From contig OZ076409.1 of NCBI GenBank assembly GCA_964187785.1, forward strand, positions 79,672,001 to 79,736,000: a stretch of 64,000 nucleotides of DNA, given 5' to 3'. Positions 13,501 through 25,967 of this stretch are shown here, piece after piece. The DNA comes from Amphiscolops sp. MND2022. Its lineage: Eukaryota. The notes beneath the pieces are model-generated. The model was given only the letters and a program-made list of their open reading frames with translations, searched no databases and was not told the DNA's origin. The position numbers were made by a program, and so were the translations under genes. How positions within the stretch are numbered: position 1 is the stretch's first letter; every line of letters starts with the position of its first letter.

Positions 13501-16199
13501 CGGTTTAACTGCAACGAGAGGTTTTAAGCATTTGGTACATTCCTTCAAAGCAAAACTCAAATTTGCGAACTTCATTAAAACATTGGTTGCAAATATAAGT
13601 GTCTCATCGCTATTGAATGGGCAGAATGAAACAACAGTCGGTAAAGTATTGTTTATCAATAAATTTCATTCAATTGTTTCGTAAACAATTCAAGTTTATT
13701 CTCCCAAACAAGAAACTCTATCGGGAGAATTATCTGCATGGTTAGGAACATAGAACACAGGCAATATCAACAATTTATTCTTGACAAAAGTTACCACTGA
13801 TGTAACATATCCAAATTCATCACAAAATTGCGATAGTCACATGAGTTTACTGACAACTTTTGTTCAAACTACAAAGGTGTAAGTTGTTTATTTCGGCATT
13901 TCGGCATGGAACGTATTTCCCTAAACTGTATCTTATGGAAACTTGATAAAAATGTCTCCGCTCTAGTTTTCCGAAAGTTCGAGTTAGAAAACTGCTTTTT
14001 GTACCCCTTTTTAATTTCTTGGCACCATAGGACTTTTTTCGTTTCTAAGTTTTTTTTCAATTTCAAGCATCCTGTTTTTTTTCAATTTTTAAGTTAGGGA
14101 ATTATCATTTTTGTGTCTAAAAAGTTCTAATTACTATATCCGATTTATTGACGTTATTTTTGAATGATTTTGTTTTTGAAAGAACAAAATGTTTTTGAAT
14201 TTCAATCTTGAACTTGTTTTCAAGCTGAACTGAAATGTCACAGTTTTCAGATATTGCGTTTTCAAGGACAAACGTTCGCTAAGCCCAGAGTATTGATGTC
14301 ATATCCAAATTTGGTTATGTATCGTCAAGAAGCGTCTTGGAGTTCGACTTTAACGGTTGCGGAATTTTCGCATCTTTTCAATATGGATCACAATGATAAA
14401 AAACGGTGTTGGTTTTTCTGATGAAACCTTTGTAACATTATTTAAACCGCAGGCAAAATAAACGGGCTCGCCATTCAAGCCAGAGAAGCACAAAATACTT
14501 CTGAGAATTCTTCAGAGGGAGAACTTTTTCACCTTGAATAGGTTTTTGTGCAATTGAAAATATGAAAATAGAAGCCATAATGTTTTTGAAGAACTGTAGT
14601 AGAACGATGATTGACCGGGAACCTTTAGTGCTAGATACTGTAATTCACATTATCGTTAATGTTTACTAACACCTGTCAAAAATGCCAGAACTACAAATCA
14701 ATCATTGAGTCAGTGAGTCAATTGCTGTTGCCTTGAATATTACTATACAGTTCTCAATTCATTCTTTCATCAGTTTCTGCTTCTTGATCAAAGTCACCTT
14801 TATTATGGCGCGGCGATCATCAAATTTTATGTCCCCACAGAGATGCTATGCTTCGTTATTGCCTGGGGTACCACTATTCTGATCGGACGTCACTAAATCG
14901 CCTTCAATGTAATGGAAAAAGTGGTTAGATTTTTTGCAGTGACTGTCTTGGCCAAACATTCCGGCTTAATCGAGAAGTTAACGAAAACACTGGATAACGA
15001 TCATCCCAGGGTGAGAGCTCTAATAGGGATATGCCAGACAAAGCGACGGCGAATAAAGCGGAAAAGCGGCTATTTCTATCACTGGGAGAACCTGCGAGAA
15101 AAACAATTAGGGAAAAGTACCCAGATCTCTTTATCTGGACAATACAAGCTAGAGGCTTGATTGAAAACTGTACGAACTGCTTCCACATTGCCAAAAAAGA
15201 ACATTGGATAGGCGTATCTTACTATCAAGGAAACAAAAGGCCAAGGAACGATTTCAGTACTTTTGTCACACACTCAATGGACTGGCCTCAAGATGTGAAC
15301 TTGGAGAGATAAATCAAATTTTAGTTCATGAGGTTTTTAATTGAACAAGATCATCAAGAAGTTTCAGGAAAAATTGTACGTGAGCCGTAGGATAATCATA
15401 AGACTTCCTGCAAAATGCCATATCTTAAAAAGAAGGCATAAAGAGACAAAGTCAATGGGCATGGGTGAGGCTGAATGTTCGAAACCGTCAATCAAGAGTT
15501 AACCAGTAATTGAGTCGGATAAGGCAAACAAATGGAAATAATTTCGCTGGGGAGTGGGAAACTTTACGAACGAGCGCATATGGACATGCCAAGCTGCAAA
15601 TCAAAAACGCGAATATTGCGACATTGCAGGACATTTGTTGTTCCTAAAACATCCAATTTCTTCTTTAAACAGCTGACAAATAAACGAAAAACGACACCAA
15701 AAAGACCACCAAAAAGTTTAACAAAAAACTTTTAAAAAACGAAACGGCATTCCTTTTCAGGACAAGTTTCAAAAAGAATACCACATTGCCAGAACTTTGT
15801 AGATGTGTTTTTTTCACGCTAAGAAGCAATTTCTTAACTGAAAGTATCTTAAAATGTTCCTGAAACTGAATCGGAGAACTGAACAAGAAGCGCAAGGGCT
15901 CTGTGATGTTTTCTTATTCTGTTACATCAGAAAAGTTTTACAACGGGAGATATTTCACGGTAGAGGAGAGCTTTTCCTTGACTGACAACAATATATCATG
16001 AAAAACTCGATTTTGTCAATGTTTCTGAACAATTGTCTCTTAAAGTCGCTAAGTGGCTACAATTACCCGAAATCGTTATCCTTCAGGCTCGCAAACGCTA
16101 TTTAAAAACTGAAAACTGAGAAAGGAAGCTACGACTTCTAGTGAGCATAAAACAAATCATGAGAAGTCGAACAGGACTGTAAAGTGTCTGTTCATATTT

Positions 16200-16794
16200 A
16201 TTGGAAAACATGCGGGGAAAATCCTCTAAAGCCACTGGGACCGTCATCTATCACAGAAAGCGCTTTGACAGATAGTGCAACCGTTTTTGCGGAACCTTTT
16301 TCTTCTTGCTGAATATTTTTATCCACTAACGACGATTTCCGACTCATGTTAAACTAGCCGAAGTTAAACGATCTATGGAGATGAGGACGTAGACGATCCG
16401 TGTAAGGACAGACCTTTTTCGATAACCACTGCTTGGTTCAAAGTTTCGTCGAAATTCCTGAAATCACAAATTACTCAACATTTGGATAACGATAAAAATG
16501 CTATCTCCAACATAATTTGGCTTCCGGTCAAAATACTCCACTATGGACAGTCTACTCTTTGTTACAGAATTTATTCGGAATCATCGGATTAAAAAATATT
16601 TATTACCGTCGCGCTTTTGTATTCAGTAAAGTCTTTTGACTAAATCTCACATGGATTTCTTCAAAATAAATTACTATTCATCAAGTTCGACAAAAATTGA
16701 AGCTCTGTTTTAAAACCTTTCTTTTCGAACAAATTTCCGCGTGTAGTTTTACATTTTACATACTGCTGTTTCTGAGTGGATTGGGCTGTATCAA
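16200..16794 (+). pseudogene. Non-LTR retrotransposon (CR1/L2/Jockey-like) RT remnant, left part
   Basis: FGFRSKYSTMD-like motif near 16516. It ends WIGLYQ directly before the Gypsy insertion. Left boundary approximate. Confidence 0.65.
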
Positions 16795-18560
16795 TGTCAT
16801 GCCAGCATGATGGAAATATAATCTACTAAATATCTGTAATGTAAATAATATGTCTTATGTACTTAGATATGGGCAATATGATGTCATATAATAAGACCTA
16901 TGGTTGTGAGCAACCCTACGTTACTTGTAACTAACCACCTATTTCCCCAGTGAGAATTGAGCTATTTATCTATTTAAAACTGAGCATTCTAGTTCCGTTT
17001 GTCCGCAATTCATGATCGTGCTAATAAGCAAATGATGCTATTTTACAATTAATGGCTTGTCACGAGAAAAGAAAGTAGTTTCTCGGTAAAACTGGACCGA
17101 CATAACGAATACACGAGATTGACACTCGCTAGAGAACTCCCGCCTCAGAGGAAACTAGCGCGACAAGCCTCCTCTCTTTGAAATACACCAAACGATGAAA
17201 TAACGATTTTATTGGTGCTAGAACTCATAATTTAACTCAATCTAACAAGTTTCATCCATATTACATCGTTTAACCGTGACCAGAACGCCAGAAAACGAGA
17301 GAATTGAAAAACGATGTAAAAGCGATGAAACTACCTGATTGAATACTTGTTGCCATATGTTTCATCATTTGTGCATCACTCACGCTTGCAAAACCTGAAA
17401 ACAGTGCTAGAATAACTAACGATGAATTAACGATGAAAATCTTTCATAGTTTCCTCATCTATAGCTAAATCACGCTTCCAAGACCTGAAAATAGTGCTAA
17501 AATCGGGAACGATGGAAAAACGATGGAAATCTTTCATCGTTTTTTCATCTGTAGTCAAAATTCGCCTATAATGATGATAAAGTGATGTAACTACTCCAGA
17601 ACTATATGCAGTGCTCTCCCCGCAACTCATTTCATCGTTTTCACATTTAGTTGATCGCTTTAACACTAGAGCGAAGTTCATTCACCATTCCTGCATCCGC
17701 AGCCACACAAACAGAATCAACTAGTGAAAACGATGCCAAAACGACAAAGTTACTGAATCCCGTATCTCCAGTTAGATTAGCGCTATTGATTCATCGTTTT
17801 TACATCACATTTGTTTAAAATTGATTTAATCGATCCCCCGTTAGATTGTACCCCAGTTTGATGTAATTTCGACACTTGCCGTGACTCAGACGGTGCCTTT
17901 TACAAGTTACTAATTTGAATGCAATAAATATTTATAGTAATTGGTTTAAATAGATTTAGCGCGCAATTTCAATTGGTAGCCCTCCAGCGACATGCAGTAC
18001 AACCGGTCACGTGACCAAGTGCTAATTAGCACCTTGCTAACCAACCAATGAGAACGAAACGATGGTAAGAGTCTTACCATCGAGCTGAAGGAAGGCTACC
18101 TCGGATACACACAAGATAACTAACGCCACATTGTACAAGTACTTGTATTACTCATCCTTTATACGTATCTTACTCCAGATTTTACAACAATTCAACTCTT
18201 ATCCACAATAGTCATCTCTTCTCCATCATATGAGTTCTGATTCTCAAATAACATTAAGAAACGGGAAAACACTAATTTGTACTACTTCAATAAATTCAAC
18301 GAGACCTACTTACGAAGGGGATATCGTTGACATGGAAAATAACAATGAAAACGTAAATGAACAAGCCCAGTCAGGACAAAGTTCGTCGAATCCTGAGATA
18401 GATTCTCAGAGGGTCAATGACGAAAGGTTTAGACACTTACAATCAAAAATGTCTATGCTGAAAGCCATGATGGAAAAGTTGCTAGAACAAAACGAAGAGA
18501 GAAATAGACAAACGGATACCAATGCCGCAGCATCTTCGTTCGCGGTACGGTCGTCCAACA
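16795..18560 (+). repeat. 5' LTR (1766 bp)
   Basis: TGTCATGCC...GTCCAACA. About 30 substitutions and one 5-bp indel versus the 3' LTR by manual count (~98% identity). Confidence 0.97.
18005..18081 (+). promoter_or_regulatory. Putative LTR promoter module: E-box palindrome, CCAAT box and hairpin
   Basis: GGTCACGTGACC (18005-18016), CCAAT (18045) and GATGGTAAGA-G-TCTTACCATC (18061-18081). The same three elements occur in the same order in the diverged solo LTR (~5350-5265, minus strand). Confidence 0.55.
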
Positions 18561-20284
18561 TGGAGTTAACATGACAGGTCGTCCTGACAGGAGTTAACAG
18601 GACTCACAGAAACCAACGCAACTATTTCCACGACGGAGAAGATGAAGAAGATTATGAAGACACACCAAGCAACTCAACGGAGACCGCATTACTCAATGCC
18701 ATCCAAGATCTACCAAGGAAATTGCAGAAAACAAACACGAAACTCCTGCAAACCCACGTTCCCAATTTCCGAGGTTCTAAAAACAAATATAACGAATTCG
18801 AGCACCTCTTACTTAACCATTTCCGACCCATCGCCAAAGAAATCACAGAGGAAGATAAAATACACTTCTTCCAGAGCTTACTCCGCGATGAAGCCATTGA
18901 CTTTTGGCAAACCATCACAATCAACCCAACCACCACTCCACAGGACGTCCTGCAATTATTCAGAAAAGAGTTCGCAAAAGAAGATATGAGAGAAGTCGCT
19001 CGCTACAATAGGAATGAGGCCAAATACGACCCGACCACCCAGACATTCGGAGATTTTCGAAAAAACCTCAAGAAAATTGCCAAGAAAGCATACGGCGACG
19101 AGGCCGACAAATGCATCAAGATGTTCCTCTTCGGGAAATTACCAGTCGAAATCCAACAAGAGCTGACAATGGCGAACAAGGAAGACAGCAGCTCCGAAGA
19201 AATCAAAACCTACCTACTCATAAAATACCAAAATCAGAACGTCCTACAACAACCTGCAACGACATATCAGCCATTCAACCAGATGTCTGATAACAATCCC
19301 AAACGAGAATTCACACGCTCCCACCAATCCCAGCCCAAATCAGACACTAAACGATTCGATGGAAAATGCTTCTACTGTGGTAAACAAGGCCACAGGAAAC
19401 AAGAATGCAGAGGACGCCAAATAGATGAAGCTAGTGGCATTAACAAACCAGACGCCATACAACCTACCAAACGGCAAGATGAAGATAAGCCAAAATACAA
19501 CCCAAAAGTATTTTCAGTAAAGCCACAATTTCACTCCGCGAACAACCAAAGTGCGCACCCACATTCTGACTCCAAAACTCACTCGACTCAACAAACTCAA
19601 CGCAATCGTCATCAGAGGTCTTGGCAGCCCTCTGGTGATTCCAGCAAAGCAGACGAAGTCTATCTGCGAAGAAACCAGAAAACCGATAAACAACCAGTGA
19701 AGTCAATGCGGACTACCAACAAAATCACTCCATTGGAAAATTCACTCGATGAGCAAACGATGAACTCGCATAACGACGCATTGAGGCCTGCGCACGATGC
19801 CAAAGAGATGTCCCCACATCTACAACCAACGGACCGACTCTCAACAGATGACAAATCGACAAAACGGCTTAGTAGTAAAACACATGCAAACGACAAGAAC
19901 AGTGTCTCAAAAACTAAAAAACATGCAACCAATAACCAATTTCACGTGCTTAGTCCAACCTTACATTTAAATAAAAAAGATAAGATGATGTTTGTTCCCC
20001 TCCAATTTAACAATTACGAAAACCAAGGTCTTTTAGACACTGGAGCAGTGCAAAGCGCACTCTCGGAAGCAGAATTACGCAAAATCACCGCTGCTCATCC
20101 CGAAGCAGAATTAGACGAATTACCACCCCCTAACTTCAAAGTTCAGATAGCTAACGGCAACTTGGTCCCCATTCGAAAACAAGTCCTTTTACGCTTTTTC
20201 ATAGCAAGAAAAGTATTTGAAGAAGTCTTTTTAGTCCTCCCTGGGAACAATGGGAACAATCCTGATTGGAATGTCGTTCTTTGA
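18230..20284 (+). pseudogene. gag: gag (starting inside the LTR) and aspartic protease
   Basis: ORFs 18230 and 18722 are in the same frame, separated by a single TGA inside the PBS insertion. VPNFRGSKNKYNEFE capsid-like start, CFYCGKQGHRKQEC knuckle, LLDTGA protease. Confidence 0.9.
18561..18597 (+). promoter_or_regulatory. PBS disrupted by a 21-nt insertion (reconstructed TGGTGACAGGAGT, tRNA-Leu-like)
   Basis: TGG + AGTTAACATGACAGGTCGTCC + TGACAGGAGTTAAC. The related element at 45770 has the PBS TGGTGACGAGTG. Confidence 0.65.
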
Positions 20285-23200
20285 AAAATATTCAGTCAAC
20301 CTTGACATCAAAAATCATTTAGTCCACTTTCCAAACCACATGATGTCAATGCAAGTGAGACATCAGACGAATAAAAAGTTCAAAACTGGGTTAAATAATT
20401 TGTATTCCAGCAGCAGAACCACCATCTTTCCCCACCATCAAGTACTGATTGAAGTCCACAGTGACGCGGACATATCAAGTACAACTGGCACGGTAGAAGG
20501 GACTCCAGCATTCATGCGCAAGACGTGTCTCTTGGTGTCTCCAGCAGTGGTTGACCTAGACGATGGAAAAACGATGGTTCAGGTGACCAACCCCAACGAG
20601 CACGTGTACACACTTGAAGCCAACACCAACCTGGCACACTTCAGAATACCAACGCCCCATCAAGCAGCCAACATCACACCGATGCCAGTCGAACACCTGA
20701 AGTTGATCACCGATCACCCAGACGATGCAGCAGCAGTGATCAACCAACTCTTCGTGAACCCAGAGATGAAGACTACAAAATGGTACCCGACACCAGAGAC
20801 GTGCAGTGAACCAGATAAACTCAACAAGATCGAAAGACGCATTTTCGATGAGATTCTGGCCCTCAGAGAACTGCTCGATCCTACCCGCTCCCATGAAGAA
20901 CGAGTCAAGTTCCTGCAGAACTTCAAGTGGGAAGAATCACTTCTCTCTCCGTCTCAACGAGCTCAGGTAGAGGAGTTGCTGGTAAAGTACAACTCCATTT
21001 TTGCTAGACATCGTTTAGACATCGGCATGAACACTGATTTTAAAGTAAAATTAACACCCCAGCATGAAGAACCGGTGTTCTCCCAAAGTCTCCCTACCCC
21101 TACTAACCTAAAAGATGACTTGCTTGTAGAATTAGCGTTAATGCAGGAGTACGGGATTATAACTACTCTTCCTTACAGCAAATACTCTTCACCGATATTT
21201 GCACAGCGTTAACCGAATGGTAACCTAAGGATTTTAGTTGACTTGCGGAGAATCAACCACCTGATCAAGAACGATTACGGCGAACACAACCACCCAGTCA
21301 CAACTGTTTTAGACGCTGTTCAACACATGGCTGAGAAAAAATATTTCTGTAAACTTGATTGTTCCCAGGCCTACCATTGCATACCAATGGCCGATGAGCA
21401 GTCAATCCAACTTTTGTCTTTTAACTTTGGATCCCGTACCTTTGCTTTTCTTAGACTAGCTCAAGGTCTTAATTGTTCTCTTTCAGCCTTCACCAGCGTA
21501 GTCCGCGAGTACTTGGACACCTTGGTCAAAGCGGACCGCTGTGCCCAGTATGTTGACGACATAGGCATAGCAGCAAATACGCCTGATGAATTGATTGAAA
21601 ATTTAGAACTTGTTTTTCAGCAGTTGTCCAAAGCTGGTTTAAAACTCAGCTTAAATAAATGTGAATTCGGCCAACAACAAATTGAATACCTCGGCAAATC
21701 AATTTCTAGCACTGGAATAGCACCCATCGAAAAACGAATAACTGATTATTTGAAGAAACTCAAACCTCCCACTTCAGTTAAAGCTCTCCAACGGTACTTA
21801 GGATTTGTCAACTTTTACAGGTCCTACATTCCCCGGTTGGCAGACAAAACAGCCGTTCTTCACGAAATAATCAAAAAAGACCCTACTTTTACATTAGAAC
21901 AACGTCACAAAGATGTAATTTTTGACATTAACGAAAGTTTACTCAAGGCTACTAAACTGTCATTGAAACTTCCCCTTCCGGATAAACAATTAGTAATCAT
22001 GTGTGACGCAAGTGAACATGCAGCAGGTTATGTTCTTTTAATAGAAGACTACTCTGAAACACAATCGGGTAGCTTGAAGAAGTACGCACCAGTTGCTTTT
22101 GGCTCTAAGAAATTTCAGGGTGGACAGGGGTCATTAACAATGAACGCTAAAGAGTTTCTAGCCATGCACTTCGCATTCGACGAGTTCGGCCACATTCTGT
22201 GGGGTGCACAGAAACCTATAATTGTAATGACAGATAATAAAGCACTCACCCGTTTCTTTCAGGCCAAACACATACCACCGTCACTTTTTTAAAATTTTTG
22301 CGACAAGACGCTTCAGTTTAATTTTAATTTGGCACATGTACCAGGTGTAGAGAATCCCGCAGCGGATTACCTTTCCAGGTTTAAAATTCGACTTAACTGA
22401 TTCCTTTCCAGTACACCATATAGAAATTAAAATCGCTTCGAAGACGCCAAAGCAGGAGGAAGACGAACCAGACTTCTTCCCTCCTAGCGAAACACTGAGA
22501 CAGAAAAGGTCACACGATGCTAAACCGATGAAAGTGATCAACTCTGAGACAGTGACAATCGATGATGGCAAACCGATGAAAACAGTTGACGTAGCGACGA
22601 CAGCATGTGACGATGACAAAACGATGAACTACGTACACTCCACACCACTGGCCTCTGAGAATGATCACACAAGCTCCCCTCAGACCTACCAGCTAATGAC
22701 TGACGCTCACCTACCAGGGTACACTAGATTCATCGTAAAAACATCGTTACTACACCCGGTAACGAAGGAGGTTAGCCCCCCAGGGGGAGTCGATTTAATT
22801 TTAACCCAAAAAACGAATAGTGACATTCAACTTATGTTAAAAATTTTGTCTGGCGAAACAACTTTGACCCACTCTGTGAACTTGATGTCAACGTTTTTCC
22901 AAAAACTTCACAAAAACAGAAAACGTCTTGAAAATGTAAACGAAGTTCTGTACCGTATCTTTTATGACCATACTGGCCTTGAGTCCCATAAACAAATCGT
23001 GGTACCTGATCAAGTGATGTTAGAAATAATCAGGTCCTTACACAGTAACCCTGTACAGGGACACCCCGGTTCTAAAAAGATGTTACATGAACTACGCAAA
23101 CGCTACTACTCTCCAAGTCTTGCTGAAAAAACACAAAAAATACTCGAAAGCTGTGAAACTTGCATGTGTTCGAAATCGACGAACGAATCAAAAATCCGTC

Positions 23201-24261
23201 CACCGTTACAGAAAATATACGACCCGTGTAACGGCCCTACTGATCTGATGGAAGTTGACATAGTCGGACCACTGCCTGCATCAAACGGATTCACACATAT
23301 CCTGACCGCAATCGACGTATTCTCGCGTTATTTGTTTGCTGTACAGCTACGAAAACCCGATACACCATCCGTCGTTAATGCTCTACTGTCGGTATTCGCC
23401 AAACACGCGTACGTCCCAACGCATATCCTGACTGACAAAGGATCCGTGTTCACCGCCGAACTATTCCAAAACCTGACCAAAGCCACTGGCATTGAAATCT
23501 CCCATGCAACCATAAAACATGCACAAACCATAGGCATGGTTGAGAGAAGTCATGCAAAACTTAAAAAAATCCTAAAAATACATGTAAATGTAGACAGACC
23601 ACAATGGGACCGCTTTGTCGACATAGCAATCATGGCCCATAACACCACGTACCACACTTCTCTGAAATGTTCACCAAATGAAATCTTTCACGGACGCACT
23701 CCATACAACGCTTTGGACCTAAAATACTCTAATCCTGAACGACGAGTCGACACCAAGTTTGGAGACGTCAACCAGATCCTAAACCACATGAACGAAATCT
23801 ACCGAAACAACACAGACAACATAGTAGCTGCATACCACAAGTACAAAGCTTATTATGACAGAAAAGCCAAAGCACAACCACTCAAAGTGAACGACCTTGT
23901 TTTCCTACTTGACCCCAAATACGACTCTCAGAATTGCAAAGAAGAGTTCAAGACTTTCCACTGGAAAGTTCCGTTCAAAGTGATGAAAGTGCTGTCCGAC
24001 AGTAACTACATCATACGAAAGGTAGGAACGTTCAAAACACAATGCGTTCACCGTATACGACTGAAAACCTTCAAACCGGAGTTCCCTGTAGAAGACGTGG
24101 ACATCAACAACCAACCAGTATACGCTGACACGGATCGAACGGAAGATTCTGATATTTTCGATTCCCACATTCCCACACAAACAAAATTAAATTACAATTC
24201 GGACGAACCAGAAACTGATGAAGAAACACCAGTTGAAAGAGTCATCCGATTAAAATCGTAA
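20250..24261 (+). pseudogene. pol: pol: RT, RNase H, integrase (disrupted)
   Basis: YSSPIF, KLDCSQAYH and YVDDI (RT). CDAS and MTDNKAL (RNase H). H..GHPG..CETC, VDIVGP, TDKGSVF, VERSH and a GPY/F-like KVPFKV (integrase). Stops at ~21210 and ~22290; frameshifts near 20245 and 22380. Confidence 0.95.
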
Positions 24262-25967
24262 GATTATAGGCAGGCAATCAAACACGACAGACCACTGAAT
24301 CGACTACCGAACCGACTGTCGTTAACACCACAACCGGAAATAATCATAAACGACCTGCCCCGAAACGCCCCACAGGTACAATTCAATGAAAATGATAAGT
24401 CCACAGGAAATCATACAAGATACAGCGAAACAGCCAGAACCATCAACAGAACCTGCCAACACCGAGACACCCCAACAGGTGAACGATGACGAAACGCCAA
24501 ATCTGATAGCAACGAGGACAAATAAAAGCAAATATAGTCTACGCAAACATCCTCAGCCGAAACTACTCAGACTTCCTAATTCATGAAATCTCAACTGCTC
24601 GAAGCGCCCTACGCAAAACAAACACTACTCTGCAGTAGAAAGCGATAGAAAAACATGTAAATGACAATCTCACATCAAAACGATGGTTAAATAACACCCC
24701 ATCGTGAAGAAACAGTGAAATTACCAGAAACGATGTAAAACCGATGGAACATTTCCATCGGCACCACATCGCTTCCAGAAACACATAAAATTCAAGTGAG
24801 TTTAACGATGGTCATCCCAACCTTCTCTGACCATGCCACAAAAACAATTCGAGTTTCCATGACCTGTCTGTTGATAATTCGTAGGCTTTGGCTCGTGTCA
24901 ACATCTGATTAGCGACCCTCAGTTGAGGAAAATTTGGCAATTAGACTAACCACCGCAATTGACTGAAAACTTATAACAGCACGATGTAAAAGAGATGGAA
25001 TTTCTCCATCACTTCTACATCCCCCTTCTCTCTACAATTACCTTCAGTCAAGAGAGAAAAAATCCTCAATCGTCAACAGACCATAGGCCTTGCCTTGGGT
25101 TGACATTCGGTTCATTACCGCCCTGATTGAGGACATCGAAAATATACAAAACTACAAATAAAACCTAACAAAACGCCAAAAATCACTACGATGACAAAAC
25201 GATGGACATTTTTCATCGTTTACTCATCGTCGTCTTTCCTCGACTCAAAATTAACTAGTTACCAACCAACGACAAGAAAACGATCAAAATGTTTCATCGT
25301 TCTCACATCGTTGTAATCACCACCAGGTGAGCCCAACAAGCTCACCACATAGATGCAAAAACGATGGAAAATCTCCATGGTCTACACCACGCCTCACAAA
25401 ACCGTCCGAAAAGTACTACGATGGAAAAATGATGGAAATTTACCATCGATTGCCCATCGCCTGTAAAATTCAACTTAAAATTCTTTTTCCCGATTCAACG
25501 ATGGCGAATTGATGAAAGCACTTCAGCGATTCACTCATCGCCACACACATCAAAGCCACTCTCACACAAGACTTTGTAACGATGTGATTACGATGGAAAT
25601 CTTCCATCGCTTACACATCTCCTCAAAATTACATGAAAAGAGTCAAAGCATGTAAATAAAAGCCCATACATGAACGCTATCGCCAAAAGTCGCTACAAAA
25701 ACGCCTTACAGGTAATTTACAAACAAACTGTACATAAAACGATAACCGACACTCAAAGGCTCTACAATTTGCCTGAATCCACTGAATAAAAGTAAACAAC
25801 GAAGTAATAATTAATTACTTGCCGAACTATTCAATTTGCATCACATACTCTTTCGGTCAAAAAATAGATGCTCAACATATACCAAGAATACTACAACAAA
25901 CTAACTAAAATTGTACATATTCAACTCAAAATAAAAACAACAAAAATAGCTGAGCGTGGAAAACAGT

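Noticed and set aside
14900..15320. Possible integrase zinc-binding remnant (HPR...CTNC)
   Set aside because: Too decayed; no LTRs or other domains could be assigned.
17427..17681. 84-aa minus-strand ORF duplicated at 31456
   Set aside because: It is a by-product of the LTR motif repeat (DE.TMKDFHR twice), and it is duplicated only because the LTR is.
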